From: Negaprion brevirostris
Lineage: Eukaryota
Assembly: GCA_030324005.1 (NCBI GenBank)
Contig: JARDVH010000097.1
Location: 40,870,448 to 40,934,447, forward strand
Length of the DNA: 64,000 bases
Direction of reading: 5' to 3'
Shown here: positions 1 through 13,241 of the stretch, piece after piece
Layout of the letters: the number at the start of each line of letters is the position of its first letter
Numbering within the stretch: the first letter of the stretch is position 1
Notes under the pieces: model-generated
Databases searched by the model: none
Told to the model about the DNA's origin: nothing
What the model saw: the letters and a program-made list of their open reading frames with translations, nothing else
Translations under genes and position numbers: made by a program

Positions 1-842
1 GATCGGAGATGGACAGGACACCCATTTTATCTTACAAGTTTCTGCCTTCAAATACGCCGGTAGGTTCATGGTATAAAGTCCAGCCCTATGTTTCCCAGCA
101 ACTTAGAAAGGAGGGAGGTAATGTATTGATAATATGCATTTTGTCCTGTTGAGTCTACCATCCATGCACGTGTACCAAAACAGCAGTTTAATTTTAAATA
201 TTTCTGGTTGAATATATAACTCCCAGGAGTTTTAGACACTCCTGTACAACTGAGTTATTATAGTATGGTGGGCTTGGCTACACTCCCTAGGGGAACAATC
301 AATCTCAGTTTTCAGAATTAAATTGGGGAGTTGGGGGCAGGGGGGGCGTTTAATGAAGGCAGGGAGGAACTTGTGTGTTACTTTTCTCGTACGCCTTGGC
401 TGTTTGGCAATCACTCATTCCCTCACTGCCTTCATACCCTCAAATTTTGGTGTGACCACATTGATAAAGATGCTACCCACCATACTCACAGCCACAGTGA
501 TGCCAGTCACTGTCCAAGCTTTGAAATCCAGAGCTTGACCTCCTCTGCAGCTAACAATATAAGAAGTGTCTTGAAATTCTGAAATTAAACATGATGAGCA
601 CTCCAAGAGACTGAGATGCCTTCTATACCTCTATTACAGAATATTAACTTTTTTATGATGTAAATAAATAAGGAATTGTCAGCTACTCAATTTGTTTCTC
701 TTGTGCTGACATTTCTTTATTGTATGGGAAGGTCAACTGGAATGTTTTAGTTGTCTTTTTTTTAAATATGCTTTAGATTTGCACTGTTAATTTTTTACTT
801 TATCATCTCAATCTGATTAATCAATCCAGCTCTGATTGTAAT

Positions 843-1045
843 TCATAGAATCATAGAATCCCTACAATGCAGAACAGACCACTTGGCCCATCAGGTTTGC
901 ACCAGCTCTCCGACAGAGCATCTTACCCAGACCCTCTTCCCTGCTCATCCCTGTAACCCCACACACTTTCCATGGCTATATATCTTTGGATACTAAGGAG
1001 CAATTTAGCAAGGCCAATCCACTTAACTTGCACATCTTTGGACGG
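843..1045 (-). mobile_element. Elasmobranch HE1-like SINE, 3' part
   Basis: Tail catagaatcatagaatccctacaatgcaga and the motif ggccaatccacttaacttgcacatctttgg. Shared with copies at about 17255 and 47520. Confidence 0.7.
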
Positions 1046-3092
1046 ATAGAGGTATTCAGGACCCTGAGGGATCTTGGAACGGGTAAACAGAAGCTGTTTC
1101 CCTACTCAAGAGCATCAAGGACTAGAGGGCACAGATTCTAAATAACTGGCACAAGGACTAAAAGTGATAAGAGGATTTTTTTTTTCACTCAGAGAGTGGT
1201 TGGAATATTTTGTAATTCTGTTTATAATCAACTAAAATTTCATCAATATTACTTTAAAATGGATACTTTCAGTACAATGTCATTTATATCCTTTCAAGTA
1301 ATCAAGTTTATGATTATAAACTATAACCATTGACTCTCCTCCACAAACCAAAGGAAATATTTATTTGGGTGGAGGTTTTAAGAGCAATTTTGCAGCTAGT
1401 AAGAACAAAGGTTCATGGCTGATTTATCTCAACTCCAAAGTTGACCATCAACACTGGTGCAAAAGGAAGCGACAAAACCTTGGACCACTTAACTGGATAT
1501 CTCCCATTCTCTTTTCCCAGTTGATGCTTTGACTGTCTCCCATAAAACACCCCAGCATCGAAACATTTACAGAGCATTTGACATACCGGAATTTTCTTGT
1601 CCCGCTCGCCACACGAGTTGTATTGGCTGGAAACGGGACATGCAAAGTTCCATTGACCCCAAGCAGGATTTTCCAGCTTTGGGGTGAGTGCAGCAGAAAG
1701 TCCTGCCCAAGATATTGGGCACTGTTCAAAACTGTCCTCTTTACTTCATTTCTAAAGTTTAAATGTATCCAAGTTTACATGAAAGCAACACAGGTTACAG
1801 TAGCTACACTCTAATGTTCAGCAATCCAAAAGCAATGCTTCTCTGCCAATAGTCTACACGGTGTTTGACTACAGACTATAGACTCTTGGAACAGCAAAAC
1901 AGAATTGGAACAGTGTATTGAAGGAAGAGGCCAGTATTCAAACCAAACTTTAGTTGTGTGCTGAATATTGTTATAGTTATGTGATAAAATGTTGACTTGG
2001 TTTAGCTCATAGTCTTTATATTAATTCATCAGTAAGGTCTTATTTTAGAGTCAATTAACTTTGATGAAATTAAAAGCTTCAATTCCTGATCCGCTTTAAC
2101 TCTCTTGAAATATCTTCTCTCCTGCTATGCTTTGTTGCCATGCCCAAATCACACACTATTTTGTTTTCATTTTCTGCTAAATGATAAAGGTACAAAGCAC
2201 TAAGTAATTTATGAGAACTTGGGCACCATCTTTATTTTAGTATCTGTACTGATTAGATAACTGTTGAACATTGTTTACAGGAGTAAATTGTAGTCCATTT
2301 ACCAGCCCAAAGAAAAATTGAGCAACAATTCCAAAGATGCTATTGTAAACATTTGAATGGCTCTTCAATGTTATTTTCGTGTTTGACTGTAATATTCCAT
2401 GAATTTTAATGGCTGATTTATAACTTACACACTTCAATTCAATCAGCAGTTTTGTGACATTTCCCTTTACCCTCTCCTCTCCAAAGGTGATTTTTTGCCA
2501 CCTTGCAAATCCTCTGCATTGGAATTGGAAAGAAGAAAAGTATGATGGAATATTTTCTGCTTAAAATACTCCAGCCAGGCTATCTGGATAAAGCATTGTA
2601 CAGATACATTGCCCTCAAAATGTGTCATTTTGGATATTCTTTTTACCACTCCAGGCATTTCTGACCTTGAAATACTCTCAACTGGCAAGTGTACAACAAC
2701 ACTGAGCCCATTGCTCCAGATCAGCATCCAGGACAGTGTAGAGTTGCAAACTGGACTTAACTCAAGAACGTTCTACCAGTGGGCCATTGGAATGCCTTTG
2801 AAGGGGGATCCAAGTGGCATGGGAATTTCATTATATAAAATGTATACACAGGAATGCATTATATTTTTCACTTTATTTGAAGCGAAGGAATACAGTCTCC
2901 ATCACTTACACCATTCCTTTTACCCTGATTTGGTCATAAATCTTTTGTCAGTTATAAAGGTGCTGCCTAAACCCACATTATTGTTAGCATACCACACTAT
3001 TTTTGACATTTCAAACAGGTTTCAATTATCCATAGCAATTAGTTTTAATTTATTTGTTCTTGACTCTGCTTTTAAAAAGAATTATTGTAGGG

Positions 3093-3894
3093 TTTAAGCT
3101 TGGGCTGACAAGTGGCAAATAATATTCATGCCACACAAATGCCAGGCAATGACCATCATCAATAAGAGACAATCTAACCACCGTTCCTTGACATTTAATG
3201 GTGTTACCATCATGAACCCTCCACTGTGAACATCCTTGGGATTACTATTTACCAGAAACTCAACTGGACTCACCACATAGACACAGTGGCTACAAGAGCA
3301 GGTCAGAGGCTAGGAATACTGCGGCAAGTAGCTCACATCCTGACTCCACAAAGCCTATCCACCATCGACAAGGCACAAGTCAGGAGTGTGATGGAACACC
3401 CCTAATTTGCCTGGATGGGTACAACTCCAACAACATTCAGGAAGCTTGACACCATCCAGGACAAAGCAACCTGCTTGATTGGCATCACATGCACAAGCAT
3501 CCACTCCCCTCCACCATCAATGCTCAATAGCAACAGTGTATACTATCTACAAGATGTACTGTAGCAATTCACCAAAGATCCTTAGCACCATCCAAACCCA
3601 TGACCATTTCCATCTAGAAGGACAAGGGCACTAGGTATATGGGAACACCATCACATGCAAGTTCCCCTACAAGCCACTCGCCATCCTGACTTGGAAACAC
3701 ATCGCCATTTCTTCACAGCCGCTGGGTCAAAATTCTGGAATTCCCTTCCTAACAGCATTATGGGTCAACCCACAGAATGAGGACTGCAGCGATTCAAGAA
3801 CGCAGTCACCACCACCTTCTCGAGGGCTACTAGGGATGGACAATAAATGCTGGCCAGCCAATAATGCCCATGTCCCACGAATGAATAAAAAAAT
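3093..3894 (+). mobile_element. 5'-truncated LINE (CR1/L2 group), RT C-terminus and 3' UTR
   Basis: Degenerate AWADKWQ...F.PHKCQAMTI...ILG...DQKLNW-like coding. Ends ccacgaatgaataaaaaaa. Several related copies in the window. Confidence 0.8.
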
Positions 3895-4346
3895 GTAACA
3901 GGCAGTCATATCTCTTGATTTTGTAAAAGCCAATTCCCAATGTTGTCAGCTGCAACATCAATTTTCCAAAGGCTGTGATAATAAATTACTCTTTTTTTGA
4001 AAATCTGGCACTTTGCAGATCTTATTTTTCTGACATTCTTAAAATTTTATAACTTTAAAATATTAAAGTCTTACAACAATAAGGAAAAAAGAGAAAAAAA
4101 TCTTAAAATGCATTCCTCTGCAAAGGGATGAATGTGAGGAACTAGAATTGCTCTCCGAGTCTGGCTGAGGTTGGGTAGTTCATTTCTTGGGCATTCAAGG
4201 CACTCAAATCTGAAAACATGGAAACCAATGGTTGACGCAATCTCTACATAGTCAGATTAGACGATGATACCAAGAGGGACTTGCTGGGAAAAAAATATCA
4301 GGATGAGACTCATATTCTCAGTATAATAAGTCCTGTTTCAAATTAA

Positions 4347-4555
4347 CCAAAATATTGCAGATGCTGGCAATCTGAAACAAAAACAGCAAATGTTGGAAAA
4401 CAGAAAGGTCTGGCAGCATCTGCAGGGAGAAAAACAGAGTTAACATTTTGAGTCCAATATGACTTAGAATCATAATGGATTGAAATGCTAACCGTTCCTC
4501 TCTCCACAGATGCTGCCAGATCTGCTGTGTTTTCCAGCATTTTCTGTTTTAGTTC
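4347..4555. repeat. Palindromic (head-to-head) short element, probably Penelope-derived
   Basis: Arm 4376-4449 is the approximate reverse complement of 4481-4554. Single-arm relatives at about 39455-39570 (+) and 41108-41225 (-). Confidence 0.65.
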
Positions 4556-4835
4556 CTGTTTTAAATTTGTTGGCCATATTTTCCACCATTTATAGCACTA
4601 TTCCGATTATAAGTGGTAGAGATAATACTTTGGCAGAAAGCATTTATTTCCTTTGCCTGAAGAGTTGCATTGGTAAACTGATCTCAGCTACCTCTTATCA
4701 AGTCAGGTATGGACCAAGTATTAATTTTTAATTCTGTTGCTGATTATAATTTTTACAAAATTAATAAATTTCCATCAAGGGTAATAGCAGGTTAATGATT
4801 ATATTAGAAATAAATTCCAAACAAAAGTAACAAAT

Positions 4836-5710
4836 GGGCAGAATTTGACCAAAAGTGGCAAAGTGCCAGAATCTGACTGACAACTGGCATGTTTCTCTTC
4901 AGAGGAACAGACAGGTTTTTTCTCGAGATTTAATGGTCTAATGGTGCTTCATCAAAAAAAAAAAGGGGTGCGGGGTTGGGGGGAGCTTCATGCTGTCATG
5001 ATGAGTAGCAGGGCCTAACATACTGGCAAACTCCTGCTTCACTGAGATTGGAGTGCCATTTCTAAACGACACCCCAATCAGAGGAAAAATGACTCCTCTG
5101 CAAACCCACCTTGGAGGTCTCAGGAGCTTCCCCCTCCACCAGTCAAAGCTGGCATCTTCCCCACCACCCTCACCGTAATCAAAGCCGGCATCTCGTCCCC
5201 CCAACCACCCTCATGATCAAAACCAGAATCTCTTTCTCCACCCATGAAAAGAGCTGGAATCTCTCTGCCCCCACAAGCAAAGTTGGCATCTCTCTGCCAC
5301 ACTGCTCCCCACCCCCGCACAAAGATAACTTCTTTCTCCGCACCCACACTCAGATCCTGTATCTTTCCACCTGCGCACCGCCCACTCACCCCNNNNNNNN
5401 NNNNNNNNNNNNNNNNNNNNNNNNNNNNNNNNNAGTCAGCATCTCTGCTGACAATCTGACAGAGCCAATCTGTGCCAAGGGGCGGTGCCTCTCACCCAGG
5501 GACTATACTCATCTTAATGCCCCCAGGTGGATACTCACACCAGTATCATGTCTGAGTAAACCATGCCAACATGATGTCACATCAGTGAGGTTTGAAAATA
5601 TGGCTGGGGCCAATATATGGTGGGGGAGGCACTGTTACTAATATTAAGGTTCTCATCCTTTGTAGGCGTGAACCTCACCATATCACCGGCAGAGGGTGTG
5701 GAAAATCATG
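4836..5710. mobile_element. GC-rich non-autonomous DNA transposon (MITE-like)
   Basis: Starts gggcagaattt and ends ggaaaatc. Interior is C-rich. The terminal motif recurs in other elements in the window. Confidence 0.45.
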
Positions 5711-8689
5711 GAATTGACCTCTCCAGAGGGAAATGTGTTTCTCGATTCTCTCTGGATTTTGAGCCTGTGTTGCCATTCTTTCTGACAACGAACGTTGGGT
5801 GAAAATCATCCCCATTGTATTTGTCATTATACAACTTGTGCCTTCAAGCAGCCCAAAATGGATGCCAAGTCAAAGAAACAAATGTCAAGAAGGATGATCA
5901 AAAGCTTGGTCAGAAGTAATTCTAAGAAGTATCTTAAAGAAAAGAAACATGAAGAAGTGGCAAGATTTAGAAATGGAATCCAGGTGTTTGGAGACTTGGC
6001 GATAGAGGATACAACCGCCAGTCTTGGGTGAAGGGGCTGCACAGGAATCAGATAAGCAAAGAACTGAGTGGAGGGTAATAGGTGTGGTACAGGGATTTAA
6101 TCAAGGCAATGAAAGGTTTACATTTCAGGCATTCAGACCTTGTGTAAGTCAATGAGAAGAGGGGTGAAAGTGATTTGGACCTAGCGTAGGAGAAAATACA
6201 GACAGTTTTGGATGAGTTGACTTTTATGGAGACTGGTTAGAAAGCTAGAATCTGGAAGTGCCAAAAAGCTTGGATAAGGGTTTGCATCATGAATGATCTG
6301 AGGCAGGGACAGAGTTTTAACATGTTACAGAAGTACATGATCTTTGTGAAAGAAAAGATGTGGGCCAGGACTTTGTTCCTGTGATGGGGAGACCCCCCCC
6401 ACCCACAAATTGGTGATGCAATTAAGTGCTGTTAAGCACTTAACTGCCTTTCCATGGGATCTAGAACATGAAGGAAGGAAATCCCAACTTGCCTCAACCA
6501 ATCACACACAGCTCTCCACAGCGATTGGTGATGCTCCAAGGCCCAGCTTGAGGATTGCTAGCGGATCTTAGGATATAGGTTGTGAGGAGGGAGTCCGGAT
6601 AGGAGATGGCTTTCAGAGATGCCCCTTTCCCGAAGCCAGGTCTCTCAATCAGATACCAAGAGTCTATCAATGAGGAATGCTCTGCAGTCCCCATGAGATG
6701 GTTTGCTGGGTGGCCTTCCGGAGTCACAGGGCTGAACTGTGTCACCCTCATTGTATCCCTGAGAACAGAATCTCGGTGGGCTCAGAAATAATTGTTGTCA
6801 AGTGGCTGATTAATGAGCCTAATTCACGTCTTGCCACTGAATGGTGGGTCTCCTGAGTCCAGCCCTTCCCGCACCAACCTAATTGTGGATAGTTTTCTTG
6901 ACAAGAGGAATCTAATGTGGGTACTCTCACCTGAATCCCCCTCCACCATGACCAATGCCCACTGGGGGTTCAATTAGATTCTGCCCATGGTGTTGGAGAG
7001 TCAGTTTATTATTTAAAATTTAGTGAGTGTGAGAATGGGGTGGGAAGAAAATTGCAATGAGTTAAAAGAACTTGAGCTTGGTTCAAACAGTCAAAACACA
7101 TGGTTAGGGCTGATTTTACTAGGTTTGTCTTCATACAGGGAATGAACTTGCTGGTAGAGCTGTGGAAGCACAAACTGTGCAATCACTTCAGAGTTAGACT
7201 AAGTTCAGGGTGATTAGGTTTTGATGTTTAGTCTCCGCAGGGTATTTGCAAATACCCAGCAGAAACTAACAAAAAAAAGACACCTGACCTATGATTGGTC
7301 TCTAAAGAAATAAATTTCACTTGCGTCAATGATAGTGTGGAAGTAAAATAAAGAAATCCCTATGCTCCATATTACTTCAACAAATCTGCTTCACTTAATG
7401 CATCGCCATGAGGCTTTCACTTGGATTATAATACAGAGATGTTAAACAACTGCACAAATGTAAATAAGATAAATGCACAATGCATATACAAGAATCATTG
7501 ATACAAGTAGTTGGATTTCCTTCTTTGAATGGAATAAAATTACTCCATCTGAATGCAGAAGCATATTTCAGTGTGTGACTGGCCACACTTTTTTTTGGAG
7601 ATGATCAATTTTCATCCATATTTCAGACCCAGCGATATTTTCCTCTGGCCTATTTATGAGTCAGGAAAGTCTAGCGAGGAAAACACACACCCATCCCTGC
7701 TGAGATGAAATTTCCCATTTTAAGCAGGAAAGAAAACCGGGAGCCCATTAAAACCACTCCAGATTTGAATTTATGAAGAAAATCAAAAGCCTTTTGAGGA
7801 TTAGGGAGCACTGATAGCTCAGTGTAAAATGTATCAATGCCTTCAAATGGCACTATTAGGTACTGTACTGTAATGTAGGTGTATTTTTCATGTGGTGATT
7901 TATCATAGCAATTTATTCTGAAAAGGTAAATTGGCCCTTACATTGACCAGTGTTGTCTAATTGTTCAAGTGCATTAGTGTTTTTCTAATGGATAAAGTAT
8001 CAAAATGTACTGAAAAGTGTAAACTAAAGTGCTCTGCTGTCACGTTTCTGCTCTGATTTAATTGGACTGGCACTACTGGCCTTTGATATGAGTTATTGGA
8101 TGTTTACTAACCTAATAGGCACTTAAAGGGTTACAACTTCTTTTTCCTTGGGCTTTCTGATCCAGTATCAATGATAGTGAATTTGAATTCAGGGTTTTAT
8201 TAGAGGTTTTATAGTTCCCTAATGATTTTAAAATAATTCTGATTATAATTGCAGGTCTCCTAAGAACTGTACATAGTGCATACTGAATGAATGGGAGAAT
8301 TACATTGAGGGGTGTGGAGAATGTGAGATAGAGTGGGTGGGAGAGAATGAAGGACACCTTTAAATAATGTTGTAGACTAGGCTGCTGAGTTGGAGAACTG
8401 AAGAAGGCATGCCTGGTTGGCCTCCTCACTCACACTCTTCATACACTCCATCATAGTTCACAAAAGGCATGGTAAACCCCAGCATTGTGTGGGTGGCAAA
8501 AATACTCCACACATAGGTCAGGAATACATTTTGCAAGTTGCAGGTGTACAGGTCAGTTTTTCCCCAAGCCCAGATAAAAATTAGGCCCCAGATCTTTACA
8601 TTATTTCAGACCATCATAAAACAAATCTGTACTTTAAACATTCAATTAAAACTTGTGTTTTTTTCATTTGTTTATATGAAATTATTTGC

Positions 8690-11080
8690 CAGCATTTATT
8701 GCTCATCACAAGCTGCTCGAGAAAGTGGTAATGAACCACCTTCTTGACTGCTACAGTCTATCTGGTGTAGGATAGAAGGGAATCCAAGGATCTTAACCAG
8801 CGACAGTGAAGAAACTGTGATTTACTTCTAGTCAGGATGTTATACGTACTGGTGAGGAAATTGCAGATGGTAGTGTCTACATGCATCGACGCCTTTTTTA
8901 AAATAAATTATAGAGGTTGCAGAGTTAGAATGTGATTGAGGTTTGGCAGGTTTTTGCAGTGTATCCTGTAGATTGTACTCACTGCTGCTACTATACACTG
9001 GTGGTAGAGGGAGTGAATCTTTCAAGTGGCAGATAGGGTACTAAACAAGAGGTTGCTTTGTCGTGTATGGTTATAAGCTTCTTGAGTTGTTGGAGTTCTA
9101 CTTATCCAGGCAAGTAGAGATATTCCATCACACTTCTGACTTGTACCTTGTGGATGATGGAGAGTCTTTAGGAGAGTCAGGAGCTGAGTTACTCACCATC
9201 CCACCATACCCATTCATCCAAAATGCACTATGTACAGTTCTTAGGAGACTTGTAATTGTAACTGTAATTATTTTAAAATCATTCGCAACCTATTAAACCT
9301 CTAACAAAATCTCAAATTCACTATTATTGATACCACAAAATTCCCAGTCTCTGACGTGCTTTTATAGCCACTGTTTTTTGGTAGGTCCACTTCAATTTCC
9401 ATCAATGGCAGCCCAGGATACTGATATTGGGGGATTCCGCTTTGGTAATGCGATTAACAAGGAGAGATTTAAGACCTCTCTTCTTGGAGATGGTCATTTC
9501 CTGGCATTTGTGTGATGCAAATATTACTTTCCATGAATCATCTCAAACCTTAANNNNNNNNNNNNNNNNNNNNNNNNNNNNNNNNNNNNNNNNNNNNNNN
9601 NNNNNNNNNNNNNNNNNNNNNNNNNNNNNNNNNNNNNNNNNNNNNNNNNNNNNNNNNNNNNNNNNNNNNNNNNNNNNNNNNNNNNNNNNNNNNNNNNNNN
9701 NNNNNNNNNNNNNNNNNNNNNNNNNNNNNNNNNNNNNNNNNNNNNNNNNNNNNNNNNNNNNNNNNNNNNNNNNNNNNNNNNNNNNNNNNNNNNNNNNNNN
9801 NNNNNNNNNNNNNNNNNNNNNNNNNNTTATTAGGGATCCTTGATGCCTGTGTCAAATGTCAATGTCAAAGATAGACATTCATTTTCATCTCATGCCTTGA
9901 ATTCAGCTCCTGGAGTCAAGTGGCTGTAGTGGAACCAATACAGAGCACTGGTCAGCTGTTTATTGTTGACTAAATGCCGCTTGATAACATTGTCACCGCA
10001 CCTTCTGTCACTTGATTATGATTGAGAATAGATTGATGAAGTAGTAACTGGTTGGATTGGATTTGTCTGCTTTTGTGGACAGGATATCTGGGCATTTTTC
10101 CATACTGTAGGATAAATGCCAGCATTGTAGATATACAAGAACAGCTTGGCAAGGATGTGGCTTCTCTTGGAGCACATGTCTTAGTACAACACATGGGGGG
10201 ATGTTGCCAGGGCCCTAGCCTTAGCAGTATCCACCATTTTCAACTGAATCGAATGAAGGTTGAGGGGCCTCGGGATTAAGCTGAGATAGATCAAACATTT
10301 TTCACTTCTAGTTAAAATGGGAAAAACTTTTTCAGCCTTTCACACTGGGCTTCCATGTGATTGAGGGCAGGGTATTTCTGGAGCCTTCTCTTCCTCTTAC
10401 TTGTCTAATTGTCCACCACCATTCACAAGTGGATGCAGTAAGACTGCAAGATTTTGTGGTTTGATCAATTGGATTTGGAATCACTTTTCTCCATTTAGCA
10501 TGTATTTAGACCAGTTTTGTAGCTATATCAGGCTGGGATTTTATTTTAAGGTATGCACCCAGCACTCCCCCATGAACCAGGGTTGATCTTTTGCCAGAAG
10601 TATTTTAAGGGATATGTGACAGATTTTGCATGATTCAGTTGTGCTGCTCTGATGGCTCACAGCACTCCATGGATGCCCAGATTTGAGTTGTTAGGTCTGT
10701 TCTGACATTATCCTATTTAGCTGGATGGTACTGTCACACAATACAATGGAAAGTAGCTTCAGTGTGAAGATGGGACTTTGTCTTCACAAGGGCTGCAACA
10801 ATAGTCATTCCATCAATACTATCAGGTACCGATGTATCTGCAACAGGTAAATTGGTGAGAACGAGATGAAGAAGCATTTTCCGTCTTATTTTTCTCAACA
10901 CCCGCCACCAGCCCAGTCTGGCAGATGTGTCCTTCAGTGTTCAGCTGGTAGTAGGTTACCGAGCAAGTCTTGGGAATGAACACTGAAGTTCCCCATCTGG
11001 GGTATATTCTGTGACCTTCCACCCTCAGTGCTTCTTTCAACTGGTGTTCAATATGGGGAAATACAGTGTCAGCTGAGGGA
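8690..11080 (-). mobile_element. Decayed LINE fragments of the same family as 3093-3894, interrupted by a gap and a small insertion
   Basis: Reverse-complement similarity to 3093-3894, e.g. gagtcaggagctgagttactc and ggtcatttcctggcatttgtgtg. Confidence 0.65.
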
Positions 11081-12069
11081 ATGAGAAAAAATATGTTGCA
11101 AAATAATTCAGTGAAATTGATAAAAAAATTAGGATTAGGCCTGAAGACATCACTGTTCTTTAAAGATTTACATGAGTGGAAATCAAATATAATAGCCTAC
11201 AGCGCTTGCACTTTCCTTGCTGAACTATCAGAAATATAAGGACATCTTCAAGCTAATATTTCAATTTGTAAGTAGAAATCAGTTGAAAGGGGAGCCTAAT
11301 ACAGCAATAAAAGCATAGATCAGGAATAACAATACTGATGTAACATAATTAAAGAGCAAATTATGATGGAGGCTTCCAAAATGAAAACACAAAGCGATAC
11401 AGAAGAAAAAATCATTTCAGAAAACACTTGAATGAATGTGGAAATAAGTCCGTCCCAATGTGAGACCAAGAATAACAATAGTTATACAAGAACCACAATG
11501 GCCACATAAGGAGGTCTAAAATAGTCTGACGGTTGAGAAGAATTATTTTAAGAGATAAAAGACATCAAAAATTGTTGAAGACAACTAAAAAATAGATCAG
11601 AAAGGATGGGAGAGCAAAAGAAAAGCAGACTGTAAAACACAGCAACTGATTCCAACAAAATTTATAGCTGTGTGTGAAGTAAATGGACTGCTCTGGTATA
11701 CAAAATTTTGGTATGGCTCAGTAACCAGCAAGAGCAACTCTTATTGATTATCTTCCGAAGCATGCACAAGTTAAAGAGTTTGCAATTTATGCAATCATAG
11801 TTCAAAAGGTCAAGATGTAATTACAAATATTAAGTTATGACAAGGCCAGATTTCCTCAGCAACTTGATATTTTAGATCCACAGAAATCAAGTGAATAGAA
11901 ATGCTTAAAGAGTGAATGTTAAATCTTGTTTAACATCCCAAGTCCAGCTGCCTGCTTTGAAATCATTCTTACCAGTCATCATTCACTGTAGAATTCTCTC
12001 TGTTTATTTTTGCCATTGCACTGAAATTCTGCCCCTTCCATTGTAAATAACTGCAGTTGCAGCATCAGC

Positions 12070-12472
12070 CGAGGCTCTCACCAAACCACAAAGGGCTGTG
12101 AATGAAGCCCAGTCCATCACTCAAACAAGCCTCCTACCCACTGACTGTCTACACAGCCAGCGTAATCAAGAACCCCATGCGCCCCGGACAAACTCTCTTT
12201 TGCCTTCTTCTGTCGGGAAAAAGATACAAAAGTCTGAGGACACATACCAACCGACCAAAAAAACAGCTTCTTCCCTGCTGCTGGCAGACTTTTGAACGGA
12301 CCTACCTGTTAAGTTGATCTTTCTCTGCAACCTGGCTATGACTGTAACACTACATTCTGCACTCTCTCTTTTCCTTCCCTACGTACAGTCTCCTTTATCT
12401 GTATAGTGCGCAAGAAACAATACTTTTCACTTTGTATTAATACACGTGACAGTAATAAATCAAATCAAATCA
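12070..12472 (+). mobile_element. Rex1/Babar LINE 3' end
   Basis: Degenerate LQR.VN.AQSIT...LP...HPG..LF..L.SG.RY.S.R..TNR.K.SFFP.A.RLLN coding. Ends aataaatcaaatcaaatcaa. Confidence 0.75.
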
Positions 12473-13241
12473 AGAAGGATCCTGCAAATCATAAGATAAG
12501 CAACCTAAGCCATAATGCAGCAGTTGTCTATTTTTGAGATGATACTATAGGCCTGATTCTGCAAAAATAGCATTCAGTTCTGTACTGGAAGAAAGTTGAT
12601 GGGTTCGATCTTACCTGCCATTCATGCCACGCTCCCACTGCAGCGAAGTCAGAGAATTTGCAGCCAAATGAATCTCTGTTCACTACGGCAGAATGGGAAA
12701 ATCCCACGGGCATGAATGGTGGTAAGTTTCCAGCCGATAAGTTTAATTTTGAAGATTCACAGCCTTTTGAATGAATAAATTTCTCCTTCACCCAGTCTTA
12801 GATGGCTCAATCTTTGTTTTGAGACTGTGACTTACTAGATTTCCTAGTCAAGGGAAACATTGGGCCAAATTTTATCCAGATAGCTGGGGTAATGGTTGCC
12901 AGCTGGAAAGTTGGTTAGAGGGCTACATTGTCTCCTTTGAAAAGGTCTGCCAGTAAAACAGTGATGGGCCTTTCAAATCATTTTTGGGGTCTGGAGTGGA
13001 TGCATCTTCATTTCCTAGCCATGCTGCATTTTTTTTTCTCTGGATCTCAACCCTCAAGGAAAGATCCTGGCTCAGATGGGATCCAGGGAGAAATTTACAA
13101 ATCTGGGACAACCCAGCGAGCCATCAAATCACAGAATCTATCTTCCTGTCATAGCTGGTAAGATTCTAGTGTTTTAATTCAGGTCAGAAACTGCAAAGTG
13201 TTCTATGAAGCCCACCTGGATCATAAGTTTTGCACTTTGAA

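Noticed and set aside
2609-3097. 162-aa ORF
   Set aside because: No recognisable domain, non-ATG start and no splice support. Antisense to the DIAPH3 intron.
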